Numbered from the stretch's first letter, positions 1 to 11,117 are shown. The stretch is 46,628 nucleotides of DNA from Steroidobacteraceae bacterium (GCA_027456085.1 DAIDVO010000114.1:1-46628); one strand, 5' to 3'. The notes: generated from the sequence alone by a model not told the origin. A program made the numbers and translations.

Positions 1-145
1 CACCGAGATGGTGATGCCCGGGGACAACATCAAGATTGTAGTGGAATTGATTGCGCCGATCGCGATGGAGCAGGGGCTGCGCTTCGCGATCCGCGAAGGC
101 GGCAAGACCGTCGGCGCAGGCGTCGTTGCCAAAGTGATTGCCTAG
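1..145 (+). CDS. tuf: Elongation factor Tu, C-terminal fragment (5' end lies outside the window)
   Basis: Reading from nt 2 gives [47 protein letters not shown], the conserved EF-Tu C-terminus. TAG stop at 143-145, 11 nt before rpsJ. Confidence 0.93.
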   Translation, partial: TEMVMPGDNIKIVVELIAPIAMEQGLRFAIREGGKTVGAGVVAKVIA

Positions 146-156
146 GAAACTATTTT

Positions 157-468
157 ATGGCCAACCAGAATATTCGTATACGACTGAAGGCGTTCGATCA
201 TCGACTGATCGACAAGTCGGCGCGGGAGATCGTCGACACGGCGAAGCGAACCGGCGCGACCGTCAAGGGCCCCGTGCCGCTGCCGATCAAAATGGAGCGG
301 TTCACCGTGCTGGTTTCGCCGCACGGCGACAAGGATGCGCGCGACCAATTCGAGATTCGCACGCACAAGCGCCTGATGGACATCCTGAATCCGACGGACA
401 AAACGGTCGATGCGCTGATGAAGCTCGAGCTTCCGGCGGGCGTCGACGTTCAAATCAAGTTGAACTGA
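157..468 (+). CDS. rpsJ: 30S ribosomal protein S10
   Basis: 103 aa, [19 protein letters not shown]...[33 protein letters not shown] matches S10. First gene of the S10 cluster. Confidence 0.97.
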   Translation: MANQNIRIRLKAFDHRLIDKSAREIVDTAKRTGATVKGPVPLPIKMERFTVLVSPHGDKDARDQFEIRTHKRLMDILNPTDKTVDALMKLELPAGVDVQIKLN

Positions 469-487
469 GCGCGGATTCGGGTATACT
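460..487 (+). promoter_or_regulatory. Candidate sigma70-type promoter (TTGAAC-N16-TATACT) straddling the rpsJ stop codon
   Basis: TTGAAC at 460-465, 16-nt spacer, TATACT at 482-487. It would give a leader of roughly 145 nt before rplC. Sequence match only. Confidence 0.3.
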
Positions 488-637
488 CCCGCGTCCCAAT
501 TTGAGAGGTCGGAGCGAGTGGGCGCCGACGCCAGTTTCCCGCTGACGGGGACTGGGGTCACGAGCATCCAAACCGCCGGCTGAATTGCAAGCTAAGCGCG
601 AGTTCTTTCAAGGGCCCGCGCGCCATGAGGATCGACA

Positions 638-1378
638 ATGACCATTGGTCTGGTTGGCCGCAAATGCGGCATGACCCGCGTATTCACCGACGCCGGCGTG
701 ACTGTGCCCGTCACGGTCATCGAGGCGCTGCCGAATCGCATCACCCAAATCAAGAGCGAGAAAACCGACGGCTACCGCGCCGTGCAGGTGACCATGGGTT
801 CGCGCCGCGCGTCGCGGGTGCCCAAGGCCCTCGCCGGCCACTTCGCGAAGGCGAATGTCGCGGCGGGCGCGACGTCGCAGGAATTTCGCCTTGCCAAGGG
901 CGAAGGCGAGTCTTTGACCGCCGGCGGCGAGATGAAAGTCGATATGTTCGTTGCAGGCCAGGCCGTCGATGTCACAGGAACGACGGTCGGCAAGGGTTTC
1001 GCGGGCACGATAAAGCGGCATAACTTCGCCGGCGGCATGAAGACGCACGGAAACTCCCTGTCGCACCGCGCGCCCGGATCGATCGGCCAGCGCCAGACCC
1101 CGGGCCGCGTGTTCAAGGGCAAGCGCATGTCGGGCCACATGGGCGTGCGCAACCGCACGATCGAGAATCTGCGCGTCGTCGAGATCGACGTCGCCCGCAA
1201 TCTTCTGTTGATCAGCGGCGCCGTGCCGGGATCCGAGGGCGGCCGCGTCGTCGTCAGGCCTTCGGTCAAGGCGGTCGGCCAGGAGCGGCGCAAGAGATTG
1301 ATGCCGAACAAGGCGCCGGCGACCCCGGCTAAGGGCGCCCCCGCCGCCAAGAGCGCGGCTAAAGCCGAGAAGAAGTAA
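638..1378 (+). CDS. rplC: 50S ribosomal protein L3, with a Lys/Ala/Pro-rich C-terminal extension
   Basis: [16 protein letters not shown]... L3 N-terminus. GAGGA Shine-Dalgarno (SD) motif at 627-631. 246 aa, with the extra tail ...[23 protein letters not shown]. Confidence 0.96.
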   Translation: MTIGLVGRKCGMTRVFTDAGVTVPVTVIEALPNRITQIKSEKTDGYRAVQVTMGSRRASRVPKALAGHFAKANVAAGATSQEFRLAKGEGESLTAGGEMKVDMFVAGQAVDVTGTTVGKGFAGTIKRHNFAGGMKTHGNSLSHRAPGSIGQRQTPGRVFKGKRMSGHMGVRNRTIENLRVVEIDVARNLLLISGAVPGSEGGRVVVRPSVKAVGQERRKRLMPNKAPATPAKGAPAAKSAAKAEKK

Positions 1379-1383
1379 TCGCC

Positions 1384-2007
1384 ATGAAGCTCCAGCTCAG
1401 AAATGCGGCCCCGGCTAGCGAAATCCAGTTATCGGATGCCGCCTTCGGCCGTGCGTATAACGAGGCTCTCGTTCACCAGGTCGTGACGGCCTACCGGGCC
1501 GCCGGGCGCGCCGGCACGAAGGCGCAGAAGTCGCGCGCACAAGTGCGTGGCGGCGGCAAGAAGCCGTGGAGCCAGAAGGGCACGGGCCAGGCGCGCGCGG
1601 GCTCCTCGCGCAGCCCGATATGGGTCGGCGGCGGCAGGGCGTTCGCAGCGCGGCCGCGCGACTTCTCGCAGAAGGTCAACCGCAAGATGTATCGCGCGGC
1701 GATGCAGTCGATGGTGTCCGAATTGATCCGCCAGGACCGGCTGGTCGCGATCGAGTCGCTCGACTTGGAGGCGCCGAAGACGAAGCTCCTGATCGGCAAG
1801 CTGGCCGAGCTCGGGCTCACGCGCGCGTTGATCCTCGTCGAGGCGTTCGAAGAGAAGCTTTTCCTCGCTGCCCGCAACGTGCCGTATGTGGACGTCATGC
1901 CGGTGGCTTCCCTGGATCCGCTGAGCCTGCTGAAACACGACAAGGTGGTGGCCACGGTCGGCGCGCTGAAGCTGCTGGATCAGCGCCTCGGAGGTACTCA
2001 TGAATAA
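1384..2007 (+). CDS. rplD: 50S ribosomal protein L4
   Basis: 207 aa. The [29 protein letters not shown] motif is typical of L4. Canonical position after rplC. Confidence 0.96.
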   Translation: MKLQLRNAAPASEIQLSDAAFGRAYNEALVHQVVTAYRAAGRAGTKAQKSRAQVRGGGKKPWSQKGTGQARAGSSRSPIWVGGGRAFAARPRDFSQKVNRKMYRAAMQSMVSELIRQDRLVAIESLDLEAPKTKLLIGKLAELGLTRALILVEAFEEKLFLAARNVPYVDVMPVASLDPLSLLKHDKVVATVGALKLLDQRLGGTHE

Positions 2008-2302
2008 AGAACGATTGATGACCGTGTTGATCCAGCCGCATGTCTCCGAGAAAGCATCGACGATCACCGAGAAGTCGAATCAATACGTGTTTCGCGTACG
2101 CAGCGATGCGTCCAAATCGGAAGTGAAGCAGGCGGTCGAACTCATGTTCGAGGTCAAGGTCGAGGGCATCAACCTCTTGAACAAGCCGGGCAAGACCCGC
2201 AAGTTCAAGAACGTCGCGGGCAAGCGCAACGGCTACAAGAAAGCGTACGTGCGCCTGCAGGCCGGGCAGACGATCGACCTCGGCGGCGGCGCGGCTAGTT
2301 AA
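2000..2302 (+). CDS. rplW: 50S ribosomal protein L23
   Basis: 100 aa, ...[11 protein letters not shown]... L23 signature. Overlaps the rplD end by 8 nt. Confidence 0.95.
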   Translation: MNKERLMTVLIQPHVSEKASTITEKSNQYVFRVRSDASKSEVKQAVELMFEVKVEGINLLNKPGKTRKFKNVAGKRNGYKKAYVRLQAGQTIDLGGGAAS

Positions 2303-2313
2303 GGGAACGTATC

Positions 2314-3150
2314 ATGGCACTCATCAAGCTGAAGCCGACTTCGCCGGGCGCGCGCTTCGTCGTCAAGGTCGACCGCTCGCATCTGCACAAGGGCGGCCCG
2401 CTCGCGTCTTTGACGACCAAGAAGAACCGCACCGGCGCGCGCAACCATTCCGGCCGGCAAACGACCCGCCACATCGGCGGCGGGCACAAACAGCGCTATC
2501 GCCTCGTCGACTTCAAGCGCGACAAGGACGGCGTCCCCGGCGTCGTCGAGCGGCTGGAGTACGACCCGAATCGCACCTCGCACCTCGCGCTCGTTCTCTA
2601 TAAGGACGGCGAGCGCCGCTACATTCTCGCGCCCAAGGGCGTCGCCGCGGGCGATGAAATTCGCTCCGGCGCCGACGCTCCGATCAAGGCGGGCAACGCG
2701 CTGCCGCTGCGGCACATTCCGGTCGGCAGCACGGTGCACAACATCGAGCTGAAAGTGGGCAAGGGCGGCCAGCTCGCGCGCAGCGCGGGCGGCTCGGCGC
2801 AATTTGCCGCGCGCGAAGGCATGTACGCGACGCTGCGCTTGAAGTCCGGCGAGATGCGCAAAGTGCACGTGGACTGCCGCGCGACGATCGGCGAAGTCGG
2901 CAACGACGAACACAACTTGCGCGTCTTCGGCAAAGCCGGCGCGGTGCGCTGGCTCGGCGTGCGCCCGACGGTGCGCGGCGTCGTCATGAATCCGGTGGAT
3001 CACCCGCACGGCGGCGGCGAAGGCAAATCCGGCCAAGGAAACCCGCATCCGGTGAGTCCGTGGGGATTGCAGACCAAGGGCAAGAAGACGCGTAGCAACA
3101 AGCGCACGGCCAGCATGATCGTGCAGCGCCGCAAGAACAAACGACTGTAG
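2314..3150 (+). CDS. rplB: 50S ribosomal protein L2
   Basis: 278 aa, ...[15 protein letters not shown]... L2 signature. Ends in TAG. Confidence 0.97.
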   Translation: MALIKLKPTSPGARFVVKVDRSHLHKGGPLASLTTKKNRTGARNHSGRQTTRHIGGGHKQRYRLVDFKRDKDGVPGVVERLEYDPNRTSHLALVLYKDGERRYILAPKGVAAGDEIRSGADAPIKAGNALPLRHIPVGSTVHNIELKVGKGGQLARSAGGSAQFAAREGMYATLRLKSGEMRKVHVDCRATIGEVGNDEHNLRVFGKAGAVRWLGVRPTVRGVVMNPVDHPHGGGEGKSGQGNPHPVSPWGLQTKGKKTRSNKRTASMIVQRRKNKRL

Positions 3151-3171
3151 TCAACGACTGGAGATTCATAA

Positions 3172-3453
3172 GTGCCGCGTTCGCTAAAGAAAGGCCCGTT
3201 CGTCGATCTGCACCTGGCCAAGAAAGTGCAAGTCGCCGGCCAGAAGAATGATCGGCGCCCGATCAAGACCTGGTCGCGCCGCTCGATGGTCATTCCCGAC
3301 ATGGTCGGTCTCACGATCGCCGTGCATAACGGGCGGCTGCACGTGCCCGTGCTGGTTTCGGAAAACATGGTGGGACACAAACTCGGCGAATTCGCGCCGA
3401 CGCGCACGTTCAAGTCCCATTCCGGCGACAAGAAAGTTTCGTCGGCGGAGTAG
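3172..3453 (+). CDS. rpsS: 30S ribosomal protein S19
   Basis: GTG start. [15 protein letters not shown]...IAVHNGR S19 signature, 93 aa. Confidence 0.96.
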   Translation: MPRSLKKGPFVDLHLAKKVQVAGQKNDRRPIKTWSRRSMVIPDMVGLTIAVHNGRLHVPVLVSENMVGHKLGEFAPTRTFKSHSGDKKVSSAE

Positions 3454-3457
3454 AGCT

Positions 3458-3802
3458 ATGCAAACAAAGGCCATTTTACGCCACGCGCGCATTTCGCCGC
3501 AAAAATGCCGACTGGTCGTGGACACGATCCGCGGCAAGTCGGCGACGCTCGCGGTGAACACGCTCAAGTTCATGCCGAAGAAGGGCGCCAAGATAGTCCT
3601 CAAGGTGTTGGATAGCGCGATCGCGAACGCATACAACAACCATAACGCTGACGTCGATGATCTGAAAGTGACGCGGATCGAGGTCGATCCGGCGCCGGTG
3701 CTGAAGCGCTTTCACGCGCGCGCGAAGGGCCGCGGCGTGCAAATCGCGAAACGCAACAGCCACATCCTGGTTCAAGTATCCGACGGGAAGCGAGACGCCT
3801 AA
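3458..3802 (+). CDS. rplV: 50S ribosomal protein L22
   Basis: Internal ATG at 3458 of ORF 3248..3802. [27 protein letters not shown]... matches the L22 N-terminus, 114 aa. The upstream part of the ORF overlaps rpsS in another frame. Confidence 0.94.
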   Translation: MQTKAILRHARISPQKCRLVVDTIRGKSATLAVNTLKFMPKKGAKIVLKVLDSAIANAYNNHNADVDDLKVTRIEVDPAPVLKRFHARAKGRGVQIAKRNSHILVQVSDGKRDA

Positions 3803-4515
3803 TGGGTCAAAAAGTCAATCCGATCGGTATTCGTCTCGGCATCACGCGCGACTGGACGTCGAAGTGGTATGCCGGTCCGAAGACCTTCGCCTCGAACATT
3901 CACTCCGATTTCCTGGTTCGCCAGTATCTCGGCAAGAAGCTCGCGGACGCGTCGGTCAGCCGCATCCACATCGAGCGCGCGGCGCGCCGCGCGAACATCA
4001 CGATTCACACGGCACGGCCGGGCATCGTGATCGGCAAGAAGGGCGAGGACATCGAGAAGCTGCGTGCCGCGGTCGCGAAGATTCTCGGGATGACCGTGCA
4101 GGACGTGCGCCTCAACATCGCCGAGATCCGCAAGCCCGAGCTCGATGCGAAGCTCGTCGCCGAGGGAATATCGCAGCAGCTCGAAAAGCGCGTGATGTTC
4201 CGCCGCGCGATGAAGCGTGCGGTCACCAATACGATGCGTTCCGGCGCGCTCGGCATCAAGGTGCGGATCTCCGGACGCCTTAACGGGTCGGAAATCGCGC
4301 GCACCGAGACCAACCGCGAGGGTCGCGTGCCCTTGCATACGTTCCGCGCGGACATCGACTACGGCCTCGCCGAGGCGCAGACGACGTACGGGGTCATCGG
4401 CATCAAGGTTTGGATATTCAAGGGCGAAGTGTTCGATGAGCCTGTGGCCGAGAACACGGAAGCGGAGGCCGAGGCGCAAAAGGTCGCCGAGGTCGCGGCG
4501 CCGGTCGCCAGTTGA
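3802..4515 (+). CDS. rpsC: 30S ribosomal protein S3
   Basis: [24 protein letters not shown]... S3 N-terminus, 237 aa. Confidence 0.97.
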   Translation: MGQKVNPIGIRLGITRDWTSKWYAGPKTFASNIHSDFLVRQYLGKKLADASVSRIHIERAARRANITIHTARPGIVIGKKGEDIEKLRAAVAKILGMTVQDVRLNIAEIRKPELDAKLVAEGISQQLEKRVMFRRAMKRAVTNTMRSGALGIKVRISGRLNGSEIARTETNREGRVPLHTFRADIDYGLAEAQTTYGVIGIKVWIFKGEVFDEPVAENTEAEAEAQKVAEVAAPVAS

Positions 4516-4530
4516 ACTAGGTAACGACAC

Positions 4531-4947
4531 ATGATGCAGCCGAAGCGGACCAAATTCCGCAAACAGTTCAAAGGCAAGATTGCGGGCAGCGCGCAGCGCG
4601 GCAACACCGTCGCGTTCGGCGAGTACGGACTCAAGGCGACCGACCGCTGCCGCATGACGGCGCGCGAGATCGAGGCGGCCAGACGGGCGATATCGCGCTA
4701 CGTGAAGCGCGGCGGCCGCATCTGGATCCGGGTCTTCCCGGACGTGCCGATCACGCAGAAGCCGCTCGAGGTCCGCATGGGCAGCGGCAAGGGCAATGTC
4801 GAGTACTGGGTTGCACGCGTGCTGCCCGGGAAAGTCTTGTTTGAGATGGAAGGCATCAGCGAGCAGATCGCGCGCGAGGCGTTTCGACTCGCCGCCGCGA
4901 AACTCTCGGTGTCGACCACGTTCGTCAAGCGTCAGGTGCGTACATGA
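4531..4947 (+). CDS. rplP: 50S ribosomal protein L16
   Basis: M(M)[13 protein letters not shown]... L16 N-terminus. The start could be 4531 or 4534. Confidence 0.96.
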   Translation: MMQPKRTKFRKQFKGKIAGSAQRGNTVAFGEYGLKATDRCRMTAREIEAARRAISRYVKRGGRIWIRVFPDVPITQKPLEVRMGSGKGNVEYWVARVLPGKVLFEMEGISEQIAREAFRLAAAKLSVSTTFVKRQVRT

Positions 4948-5162
4948 AGGCGAAGGAGTTGCGCGAGAAGAGCGCGAAAGATCTTGGTGAGGAGCTTCTC
5001 AAGCTGCGCCGCGAACAGTTCAATCTGCGCATGGCGCGTGCGAGCGGGCAGGCCGCCAAGCCGGACCAATTTGCGAAGGCGCGCAAGAACATTGCGCGCG
5101 TCAAGACCGTGCTCGCCCAGTTGAAGGCGGGCGAACCCAAGGCGAGCGGAGGCAAGGCCTGA
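4944..5162 (+). CDS. rpmC: 50S ribosomal protein L29
   Basis: 72 aa, [30 protein letters not shown]. Overlaps the rplP stop (ATGA). Confidence 0.95.
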   Translation: MKAKELREKSAKDLGEELLKLRREQFNLRMARASGQAAKPDQFAKARKNIARVKTVLAQLKAGEPKASGGKA

Positions 5163-5461
5163 TGTCGACCGATACCGATATGACTTCCAGTGCCGGCGCC
5201 GCTCAGGTTCCGGGCCAACGGCTGCTGACGGGCCGCGTGGTCAGCACCAAGATGGACAAGACGATCGCCGTTTCGGTCGAGCGGCTGGTCAAGCATCCGA
5301 CGTACGGAAAGTACGTTCGGCGCACGACCAAGCTCCTCGCGCATGACGAAGCCAACCAGTGCAAGGAAGGCGATACGGTGTCGATCAAGCCGTGCCGACC
5401 GATGTCGCGCCATAAATCATGGGTACTGGTGCGCGTCGTAGAGCGCGCCCAGGCCGAATAG
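5162..5461 (+). CDS. rpsQ: 30S ribosomal protein S17
   Basis: ...[30 protein letters not shown]... S17 core. The ATG shares one nt with the rpmC TGA. N-terminal extension of about 15 aa, so a downstream start (ATG at 5180) is possible. Confidence 0.9.
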   Translation: MSTDTDMTSSAGAAQVPGQRLLTGRVVSTKMDKTIAVSVERLVKHPTYGKYVRRTTKLLAHDEANQCKEGDTVSIKPCRPMSRHKSWVLVRVVERAQAE

Positions 5462-5470
5462 AGGACCGCC

Positions 5471-5839
5471 ATGATCCAACTCCGAACGATGCTGCAGGTC
5501 GCCGACAACAGCGGTGCGAAACAGCTGATGTGCATCAAGGTGCTCGGCGGCTCCAAGCGCCGCTACGCCGCCGTGGGCGATGTCATCAAAGTGAGCGTCA
5601 AGGACGCGATCCCGCGCGGCAAAGTGAAGAAGGGCGAGGTCTACGACGCGGTGGTCGTGCGGACGCGGCGGGGCGTGCGGCGTGCCGACGGCTCGCTGAT
5701 CCGCTTCGATAGCAATGCGGCCGTGCTGTTGACGAACAAGCTCGAGCCAATCGGAACGCGCATTTTCGGGCCGGTGACACGCGAGCTGCGCAACGTGCGG
5801 TTCATGAAAATCATTTCGCTCGCGCCTGAAGTACTTTAA
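5471..5839 (+). CDS. rplN: 50S ribosomal protein L14
   Basis: [28 protein letters not shown]... L14, 122 aa. Confidence 0.97.
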   Translation: MIQLRTMLQVADNSGAKQLMCIKVLGGSKRRYAAVGDVIKVSVKDAIPRGKVKKGEVYDAVVVRTRRGVRRADGSLIRFDSNAAVLLTNKLEPIGTRIFGPVTRELRNVRFMKIISLAPEVL

Positions 5840-5853
5840 TTGAGAGTGAGCCG

Positions 5854-6174
5854 ATGAAAAAGATTCGCAAGGGCGACACGGTGGTATTGATCGCCGGCCG
5901 CGACAAGGGGCGCCGAGGCGCCGTGATCGAGGTGCTGGACGACGACCGCATCAGGGTCGAAGGCGTCAACATCGCGAAGAAGCACCAGCGGCCGAACCCC
6001 CAGGTCGGACAGGCGGGCGGAATCATCGAGCGGGAAGCGCCGCTGCACATCTCCAATGTGCAGTTGTACAACCCGTCGACGCAGAAGGGCGACCGCGTAC
6101 GCATCAAAGAGCTGGACGGCGGCCGCAAGGTCAGAGTTTTCAAGTCGAACGACGAAATGGTCGACACGAAGTAG
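5854..6174 (+). CDS. rplX: 50S ribosomal protein L24
   Basis: [22 protein letters not shown]... KOW motif of L24, 106 aa. Confidence 0.96.
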   Translation: MKKIRKGDTVVLIAGRDKGRRGAVIEVLDDDRIRVEGVNIAKKHQRPNPQVGQAGGIIEREAPLHISNVQLYNPSTQKGDRVRIKELDGGRKVRVFKSNDEMVDTK

Positions 6175-6203
6175 ATCCTGAGTCGAGGCTCATCGAGACA
6201 CAT

Positions 6204-6743
6204 ATGGCAAGACTGCAGCAAACGTACCGCGACAAGATCGTGCCGGAGCTCAAGCGGAGCTTGGGGCTCTCGAACACGATGCAAGTGCCGCGGATATTGA
6301 AAATTACGGTGAACATGGGCGTGGGCGAGGCCGTGGCCGACAAGAAGGTCATGGATGCGGCAACCGCGGACATGGCGAAGATCACCGGCCAGAAACCCGC
6401 CGTCACGAAGGCGAAGAAGTCCGTCGCGACGTTCAAGGTGCGCGACGGCCAGGCGATCGGCTGCAAGGTGACGCTGCGCGGCGCGCGCATGTACGAATTT
6501 CTCGACCGGCTCGTGACCATCGCGATCCCGCGTATTCGCGACTTCCGCGGCATCAGCGCGCGCTCCTTCGACGGGCGCGGCAACTACAGCCTCGGCGTCA
6601 AGGAACAGATCATCTTCCCGGAAATCCAGTACGACCAGATCGATCAGATTCGCGGAATGGACATCACCATTTCCACGTCGGCCACGGACGACAAACACGG
6701 CCGTGCGTTGCTCGAAGCTTTCAACTTTCCGTTTCGCAAGTAG
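6204..6743 (+). CDS. rplE: 50S ribosomal protein L5
   Basis: [16 protein letters not shown]...[15 protein letters not shown]... L5, 179 aa. Confidence 0.97.
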   Translation: MARLQQTYRDKIVPELKRSLGLSNTMQVPRILKITVNMGVGEAVADKKVMDAATADMAKITGQKPAVTKAKKSVATFKVRDGQAIGCKVTLRGARMYEFLDRLVTIAIPRIRDFRGISARSFDGRGNYSLGVKEQIIFPEIQYDQIDQIRGMDITISTSATDDKHGRALLEAFNFPFRK

Positions 6744-6751
6744 GGTAGCCC

Positions 6752-7057
6752 ATGGCAAAGACGAACATGCTCATGCGCGAGAAGCGCCGCCTCAAAGTCG
6801 CGAAGAAGTACGCGGCCAGGCGCGCCGAGCTCAAGGAGCTGATCCGCAACCCGAAGACCGGGCCGGAGGAGCGCATCGAGGCGCAGGCGGAGCTGCAGCG
6901 CCAGCCGCGCGACGCAGCGGCGACGCGGCAGAGAAACCGTTGCTCGATAACCGGCCGTTCGCGCGGCGTTTATCGCAAGTTCGGTCTTGCGCGCACGAAG
7001 CTGCGCGAAGCCGCGAATCGCGGCGAGATTCCGGGTCTATCCAAGGCCAGTTGGTGA
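6752..7057 (+). CDS. rpsN: 30S ribosomal protein S14 (long form without the zinc motif)
   Basis: 101 aa, ...[42 protein letters not shown]14 C-terminus. Confidence 0.96.
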   Translation: MAKTNMLMREKRRLKVAKKYAARRAELKELIRNPKTGPEERIEAQAELQRQPRDAAATRQRNRCSITGRSRGVYRKFGLARTKLREAANRGEIPGLSKASW

Positions 7058-7067
7058 GGCGCGCACA

Positions 7068-7463
7068 ATGAGCATGACTGATCCGATTGCCGATCTCTTG
7101 ACCCGCATCCGCAACGCCCAGGCGGCCGGCAAGCCCACGGTGGGCGTCGGCGCATCGAAGTTGAAGACGGGCATCCTGAAGGTGTTGAAGGATGAAGGCT
7201 ACATCGGCGGCTACAGCGTCGAGACGGCCGGCGCCAAGGCGACACTGTCGATCGAGCTGAAATACCACGACGGCCGGCCGGTCATCGACCGGATAGAACG
7301 TATCAGCCGCCCGGGGCTGCGCATCTATCGCGGCAAGGACGAATTGCCGAAGGTGCTCGGCGGCCTCGGCGTCGCGGTGGTTTCGACGCCCAAAGGCATC
7401 ATGACGGACCGTCAAGCGCGCGCCGCGGGCACGGGCGGCGAAGTACTGTTCGTAGTTCAATAA
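7068..7463 (+). CDS. rpsH: 30S ribosomal protein S8
   Basis: Internal ATG at 7068 of ORF 6987..7463. [22 protein letters not shown]... S8 N-terminus, 131 aa. Confidence 0.95.
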   Translation: MSMTDPIADLLTRIRNAQAAGKPTVGVGASKLKTGILKVLKDEGYIGGYSVETAGAKATLSIELKYHDGRPVIDRIERISRPGLRIYRGKDELPKVLGGLGVAVVSTPKGIMTDRQARAAGTGGEVLFVVQ

Positions 7464-7488
7464 GGTCCCAAGGTTAAGGCTCCCAATC

Positions 7489-8022
7489 ATGTCTCGAGTT
7501 GCAAAAATGCCCGTCGATCTGCCGCAGGGCGTCAGCGCCGCGATCGGCGCGGACGGCGTGACCGTCAAGGGTGCGAAGGGCTCGCTCAATTTGACGCTGA
7601 AGAGCGGCATCAGGGTCGTCCAGCACGACAAGCATCTGACGGTCGAGGCGACCACCGCCGAAGAGGGCATGAACGCGATCGCGGGCGCGACGCGCGCGCA
7701 CCTGGCGAACATGGTCGTCGGCGTAACCAAGGGCTATGAAAAGAAGCTGGAACTCGTCGGCGTCGGCTATCGCGCCGCGATTCAGGGCAAGACTTTGAGC
7801 TTGACGCTCGGGTACTCGCACCTGATCAGCTATCCCATACCCGAGGGCGTCGTGATCGAGACGCCGAGCCAGACCGAAATCATCGTCAAGGGCATCGACC
7901 GCCAGCGCGTCGGTCAAACGGCCGCCGAGATCCGACATTTCCGGCCGCCGGAGCCGTACAAGGGCAAGGGCGTGAAATACTCGGACGAGAAGATTGCGCT
8001 GAAGGAAGCGAAGAAGAAGTAA
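7489..8022 (+). CDS. rplF: 50S ribosomal protein L6
   Basis: [15 protein letters not shown]...GVGYRA... L6, 177 aa. Confidence 0.96.
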   Translation: MSRVAKMPVDLPQGVSAAIGADGVTVKGAKGSLNLTLKSGIRVVQHDKHLTVEATTAEEGMNAIAGATRAHLANMVVGVTKGYEKKLELVGVGYRAAIQGKTLSLTLGYSHLISYPIPEGVVIETPSQTEIIVKGIDRQRVGQTAAEIRHFRPPEPYKGKGVKYSDEKIALKEAKKK

Positions 8023-8026
8023 GCAT

Positions 8027-8386
8027 ATGAAACCAGACAAACGCGATACTCGTTTGCGCCGCGCGTTGCGCAGCCGGGTCAAGATCAAGGAACTTGCGGT
8101 CATGCGCCTTTCGGTGCATCGGACGCCGCAGCACATCTACGCGCAAATCATCGCCCCGGAAGGCGACCACGTGCTCGCGGCCGCCTCGACGCTCCAGAAG
8201 GAGGTCCGCGGGGAGTTGAAGACGACCGGGAACATCGAGGCGGCGAAGGCCGTCGGCCGCGCGATCGCCGAGCGCGCGCGCGCCAAGGGAATATCGAAAG
8301 TGGCGTTCGACAGGTCCGGCTTCATGTATCACGGGCGCGTCAAAGCGCTTGCGGATGCGGCGCGTGAAGCGGGTCTCGAGTTCTAA
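8027..8386 (+). CDS. rplR: 50S ribosomal protein L18
   Basis: 119 aa, ...[16 protein letters not shown]...[27 protein letters not shown]18. Confidence 0.96.
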   Translation: MKPDKRDTRLRRALRSRVKIKELAVMRLSVHRTPQHIYAQIIAPEGDHVLAAASTLQKEVRGELKTTGNIEAAKAVGRAIAERARAKGISKVAFDRSGFMYHGRVKALADAAREAGLEF

Positions 8387-8397
8387 CTAAAGGGTCA

Positions 8398-8913
8398 ATG
8401 AGCGCTATGGCAAGAGTAGAAAAACCAATGTCCGGCGATGACCTGCTCGAGAAGCTGGTCGCGGTCAATCGCGTCGCCAAAGTCGTCAAGGGCGGCAAGC
8501 AATTCGGCTTCACCGCGCTGACCGTCGTCGGCGACGGCGCCGGGCGCGTGGGCTTCGGCTACGGCAAGGCCCGCGAGGTCCCCGTCGCGATTTCCAAGGC
8601 GATGATGCAGGCGCGCAAGAGCCTCGTGAGCGTGTCGCTGAAGAACGATACCTTGTTCTACGCGGTCAAAGGCAAGCATGGGACGACGCGCGTGTACATG
8701 CAGCCCGCCGCGGACGGAACCGGCGTGATCGCCGGCGGCGGCATGCGCGCAGTGTTCGAGTGCGCCGGCGTGCGCAACGTGCTCGCGAAGAGCTACGGGT
8801 CGCGCAACCCGATCAACGTCGTGCGCGCGACGATGGATGCGCTCGCGAAGCTGCGCTCGCCCGACGACATCGCGGCCAAGCGCGGCAAGACCGTTGCAGA
8901 GATCGTGGACTGA
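8398..8913 (+). CDS. rpsE: 30S ribosomal protein S5
   Basis: ...[45 protein letters not shown]... S5, 171 aa. Alternative start at 8407. Confidence 0.95.
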   Translation: MSAMARVEKPMSGDDLLEKLVAVNRVAKVVKGGKQFGFTALTVVGDGAGRVGFGYGKAREVPVAISKAMMQARKSLVSVSLKNDTLFYAVKGKHGTTRVYMQPAADGTGVIAGGGMRAVFECAGVRNVLAKSYGSRNPINVVRATMDALAKLRSPDDIAAKRGKTVAEIVD

Positions 8914-8918
8914 ACGCC

Positions 8919-9122
8919 ATGACCGGAAAACTCATCAAAGTCACGCTCGTAAAGAGCCTCGCCGGCCAATTGGCGAATATCGCGAATTCCGCGCGCGGTC
9001 TCGGGCTGCGCCGCATCGGCCATAGCGTCGTCGTGGCGGATACGCCGTCGAACCGCGGCATGATCGGCACCGCGTCGCACATGCTCAAAGTGGAGCCGCC
9101 GCCGGGCTCGGAGAAACGCTAA
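8919..9122 (+). CDS. rpmD: 50S ribosomal protein L30
   Basis: Internal ATG at 8919 of ORF 8760..9122. MTGKLIKVTLVKSLAGQLANIANSARGLGLRRIGHSVVV..., 67 aa. Confidence 0.93.
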   Translation: MTGKLIKVTLVKSLAGQLANIANSARGLGLRRIGHSVVVADTPSNRGMIGTASHMLKVEPPPGSEKR

Positions 9123-9562
9123 TGCGATTGAACACGATCAAGCCGGCCGCCGGTTCCAAGCGCGCGCATTTGCGCGTCGGCCGCGGCGCGTCCGCCGGCC
9201 AGGGAAAGACCTGCGGCCGCGGCGTCAAGGGCCAGCGCGCGCGCAAGGGCGGCTACCACAAGACGGGTTTCGAGGGCGGCCAGATGCCGCTGCAACGCCG
9301 CTTGCCGAAGACCGGATTCCGCTCGGCGATGAAGGCGTCGCGCGCGGAGTTGACGCTCACCGACCTCATGCGCGTCGATGAATCGGTGGTCACCCGCGAA
9401 CTCCTCATTGGTGCGAATTTGATTCCCGCGAACACTCTGCGCGTCAAGATCATCCTCTCGGGGGCCCTAACCAAGCCGTACACGATCAAGGACCCGTCGA
9501 TCTTGGCGACGAAGGGTGCGAAGAGCGCGATCGAAGCGGCCGGCGGCCGGTTCGAGGCATAA
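9122..9562 (+). CDS. rplO: 50S ribosomal protein L15
   Basis: MRLNTIKPAAGSKRAHLRVGRGASAGQGKTCGRGVKGQ... L15, 146 aa. Confidence 0.96.
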   Translation: MRLNTIKPAAGSKRAHLRVGRGASAGQGKTCGRGVKGQRARKGGYHKTGFEGGQMPLQRRLPKTGFRSAMKASRAELTLTDLMRVDESVVTRELLIGANLIPANTLRVKIILSGALTKPYTIKDPSILATKGAKSAIEAAGGRFEA

Positions 9563-9571
9563 GAGGCTCCA

Positions 9572-10924
9572 GTGTCGACGTCCAGCGCCAACGCAGCAGC
9601 CCATCTGGGGGACATGACCCGCTTCGCCGAGATGCGCAAGCGGCTCCTATTCCTGTTGGGCGCGCTGGTCGTGTACCGCATCGGCACGTTCATTCCGGTG
9701 CCGGGCATCGATGCGGCGAGGTTTGCGGCGTTCTTTTCGACGCAGCAGGGCACGCTGCTCGGCGTGTTCAACATGTTCTCCGGCGGCGCCCTGCAGCGCT
9801 TTTCCATTTTCGCGCTGAACGTCATGCCGTACATCACGGCGTCGATCATCGTGCAAATGGCGTCGATGGTGTATCCGCCTTGGGCTCAGATTCGCAAGGA
9901 CGGCGAGTCCGGCCGGCGCAAACTCACGCAGTACACGCGCTACGGCACCGTGGGACTCGCGGCATTCCAGGGATTCGGCGCCGCGCTGGCGATCCAGAAT
10001 TCCGGCAGCCATTTGGTTCCGAACCCCGGCGGCCAGTTCCTGTTCGTCGCGACGATCTCGATCACGACCGGCACGCTGTTCATCATGTGGCTCGGCGAAC
10101 AGATGACCGAGCGCGGCGTCGGCAACGGGATCACGATGATCATCGTCGCAGGCATCGTCGCCGGCCTCCCGCGCGCGATCGGCAACACCTTGGAGATGGT
10201 GCGGTCCGGGGAAATGAATCCGCTGATCGTGCTCCTAATCCTGGTCGTCGTGGTGCTGGTGACCGTGTTCTGCGTTTACGTGGAGCAGGCGCAGCGCCGC
10301 ATTCAAGTCAATTACGCCAAGCGCCAGGTCGGCCGGCGCATGATGCAGGGGCAGAGCACGCATCTGCCGTTCAAGCTCAACATGGCCGGGGTCATTCCGC
10401 CGATCTTCGCGTCGAGCCTGCTCGTGTTCCCCGCGACCATCGCGCAGTTCTTCGGCAACAGCCCGAATCCCAACGCCGCGCAGCGCATGCTGCAGCGCGT
10501 CGCCGCGATTTTGGGCTACGGGCAGCCGCTGCACGTGCTGCTCTACGCGGTGCTGATCATCGGCCTGTCGTTCTTCTACGTCGCATTGGTCTACGATGCG
10601 CGCGAAACCGCCGATAACCTGAAGAAGGCCGGCGCGTTCATTCCGGGGATCCGTCCCGGCCAGCAGACCGGCGAATACATCGACCGGGTGTTGACGCGGC
10701 TGACGCTGTGGGGCGGCCTGTACATCATGGCCGTCTGTCTGCTGCCCGAAATCCTGCGCATGGCGAATCCCGCAATTCCATTCCAATTCGGCGGTACGTC
10801 ATTGCTGATCATCGTCGGCGGCGTCATGGATTTCGTGGCGCAGGCGTATTCGCACATGATGTCGCATCAATACGAGGGCCTGATGAAGAAGGCCAGCCTA
10901 CGGGGCATCGGGAGTAAGAAATGA
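9572..10924 (+). CDS. secY: Preprotein translocase subunit SecY
   Basis: GTG start with AAGAGG SD 5 nt upstream. 450 aa, multi-TM, ...[23 protein letters not shown]... SecY N-terminal signature. Canonical position after rplO. Confidence 0.96.
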   Translation: MSTSSANAAAHLGDMTRFAEMRKRLLFLLGALVVYRIGTFIPVPGIDAARFAAFFSTQQGTLLGVFNMFSGGALQRFSIFALNVMPYITASIIVQMASMVYPPWAQIRKDGESGRRKLTQYTRYGTVGLAAFQGFGAALAIQNSGSHLVPNPGGQFLFVATISITTGTLFIMWLGEQMTERGVGNGITMIIVAGIVAGLPRAIGNTLEMVRSGEMNPLIVLLILVVVVLVTVFCVYVEQAQRRIQVNYAKRQVGRRMMQGQSTHLPFKLNMAGVIPPIFASSLLVFPATIAQFFGNSPNPNAAQRMLQRVAAILGYGQPLHVLLYAVLIIGLSFFYVALVYDARETADNLKKAGAFIPGIRPGQQTGEYIDRVLTRLTLWGGLYIMAVCLLPEILRMANPAIPFQFGGTSLLIIVGGVMDFVAQAYSHMMSHQYEGLMKKASLRGIGSKK

Positions 10925-11034
10925 AAGTTCGTCCTTCGGTCAAGAAAATCTGCAAGAACTGCAAGGTGGTGCGGCGCCGCGGCATCGTCTACGTCATTTG
11001 CAGCGACCAACGGCACAAGCAGCGTCAGGGCTGA
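10921..11034 (+). CDS. rpmJ: 50S ribosomal protein L36 (zinc-binding form). Too short for the supplied ORF track.
   Basis: Manual translation gives [37 protein letters not shown] (CxxC...C...H). Its ATG overlaps the secY TGA (ATGA). No infA or adk lies between secY and rpmJ. Confidence 0.92.
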   Translation: MKVRPSVKKICKNCKVVRRRGIVYVICSDQRHKQRQG

Positions 11035-11066
11035 TGAGGCTTAGCATGGGGCGGACCTGCGTCAAG

Positions 11067-11095
11067 TTGTTCGACAGAGAGTTTTCTTATATACT
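11067..11095 (+). promoter_or_regulatory. Candidate internal promoter of the alpha operon (TTGTTC-N17-TATACT)
   Basis: Hexamers at 11067-11072 and 11090-11095 in the 98-nt rpmJ-rpsM spacer. An internal alpha-operon promoter is known in E. coli. Sequence match only. Confidence 0.35.
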
Positions 11096-11096
11096 T

Positions 11097-11117
11097 GCGC
11101 ACTTTTTTCGCGTGCGC
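11097..11117 (+). promoter_or_regulatory. Leader hairpin upstream of rpsM (possible part of an S4 translational-operator-like structure)
   Basis: GCGCAC / GTGCGC 6-bp stem around the TTTTTTCGC loop, 15 nt before the rpsM ATG. The function is inferred from the E. coli alpha-operon leader. Confidence 0.25.

Noticed and set aside
138-567. 135-aa and 141-aa ORFs overlapping rpsJ
   Set aside because: They overlap the unmistakable S10 frame and their translations have no known features.
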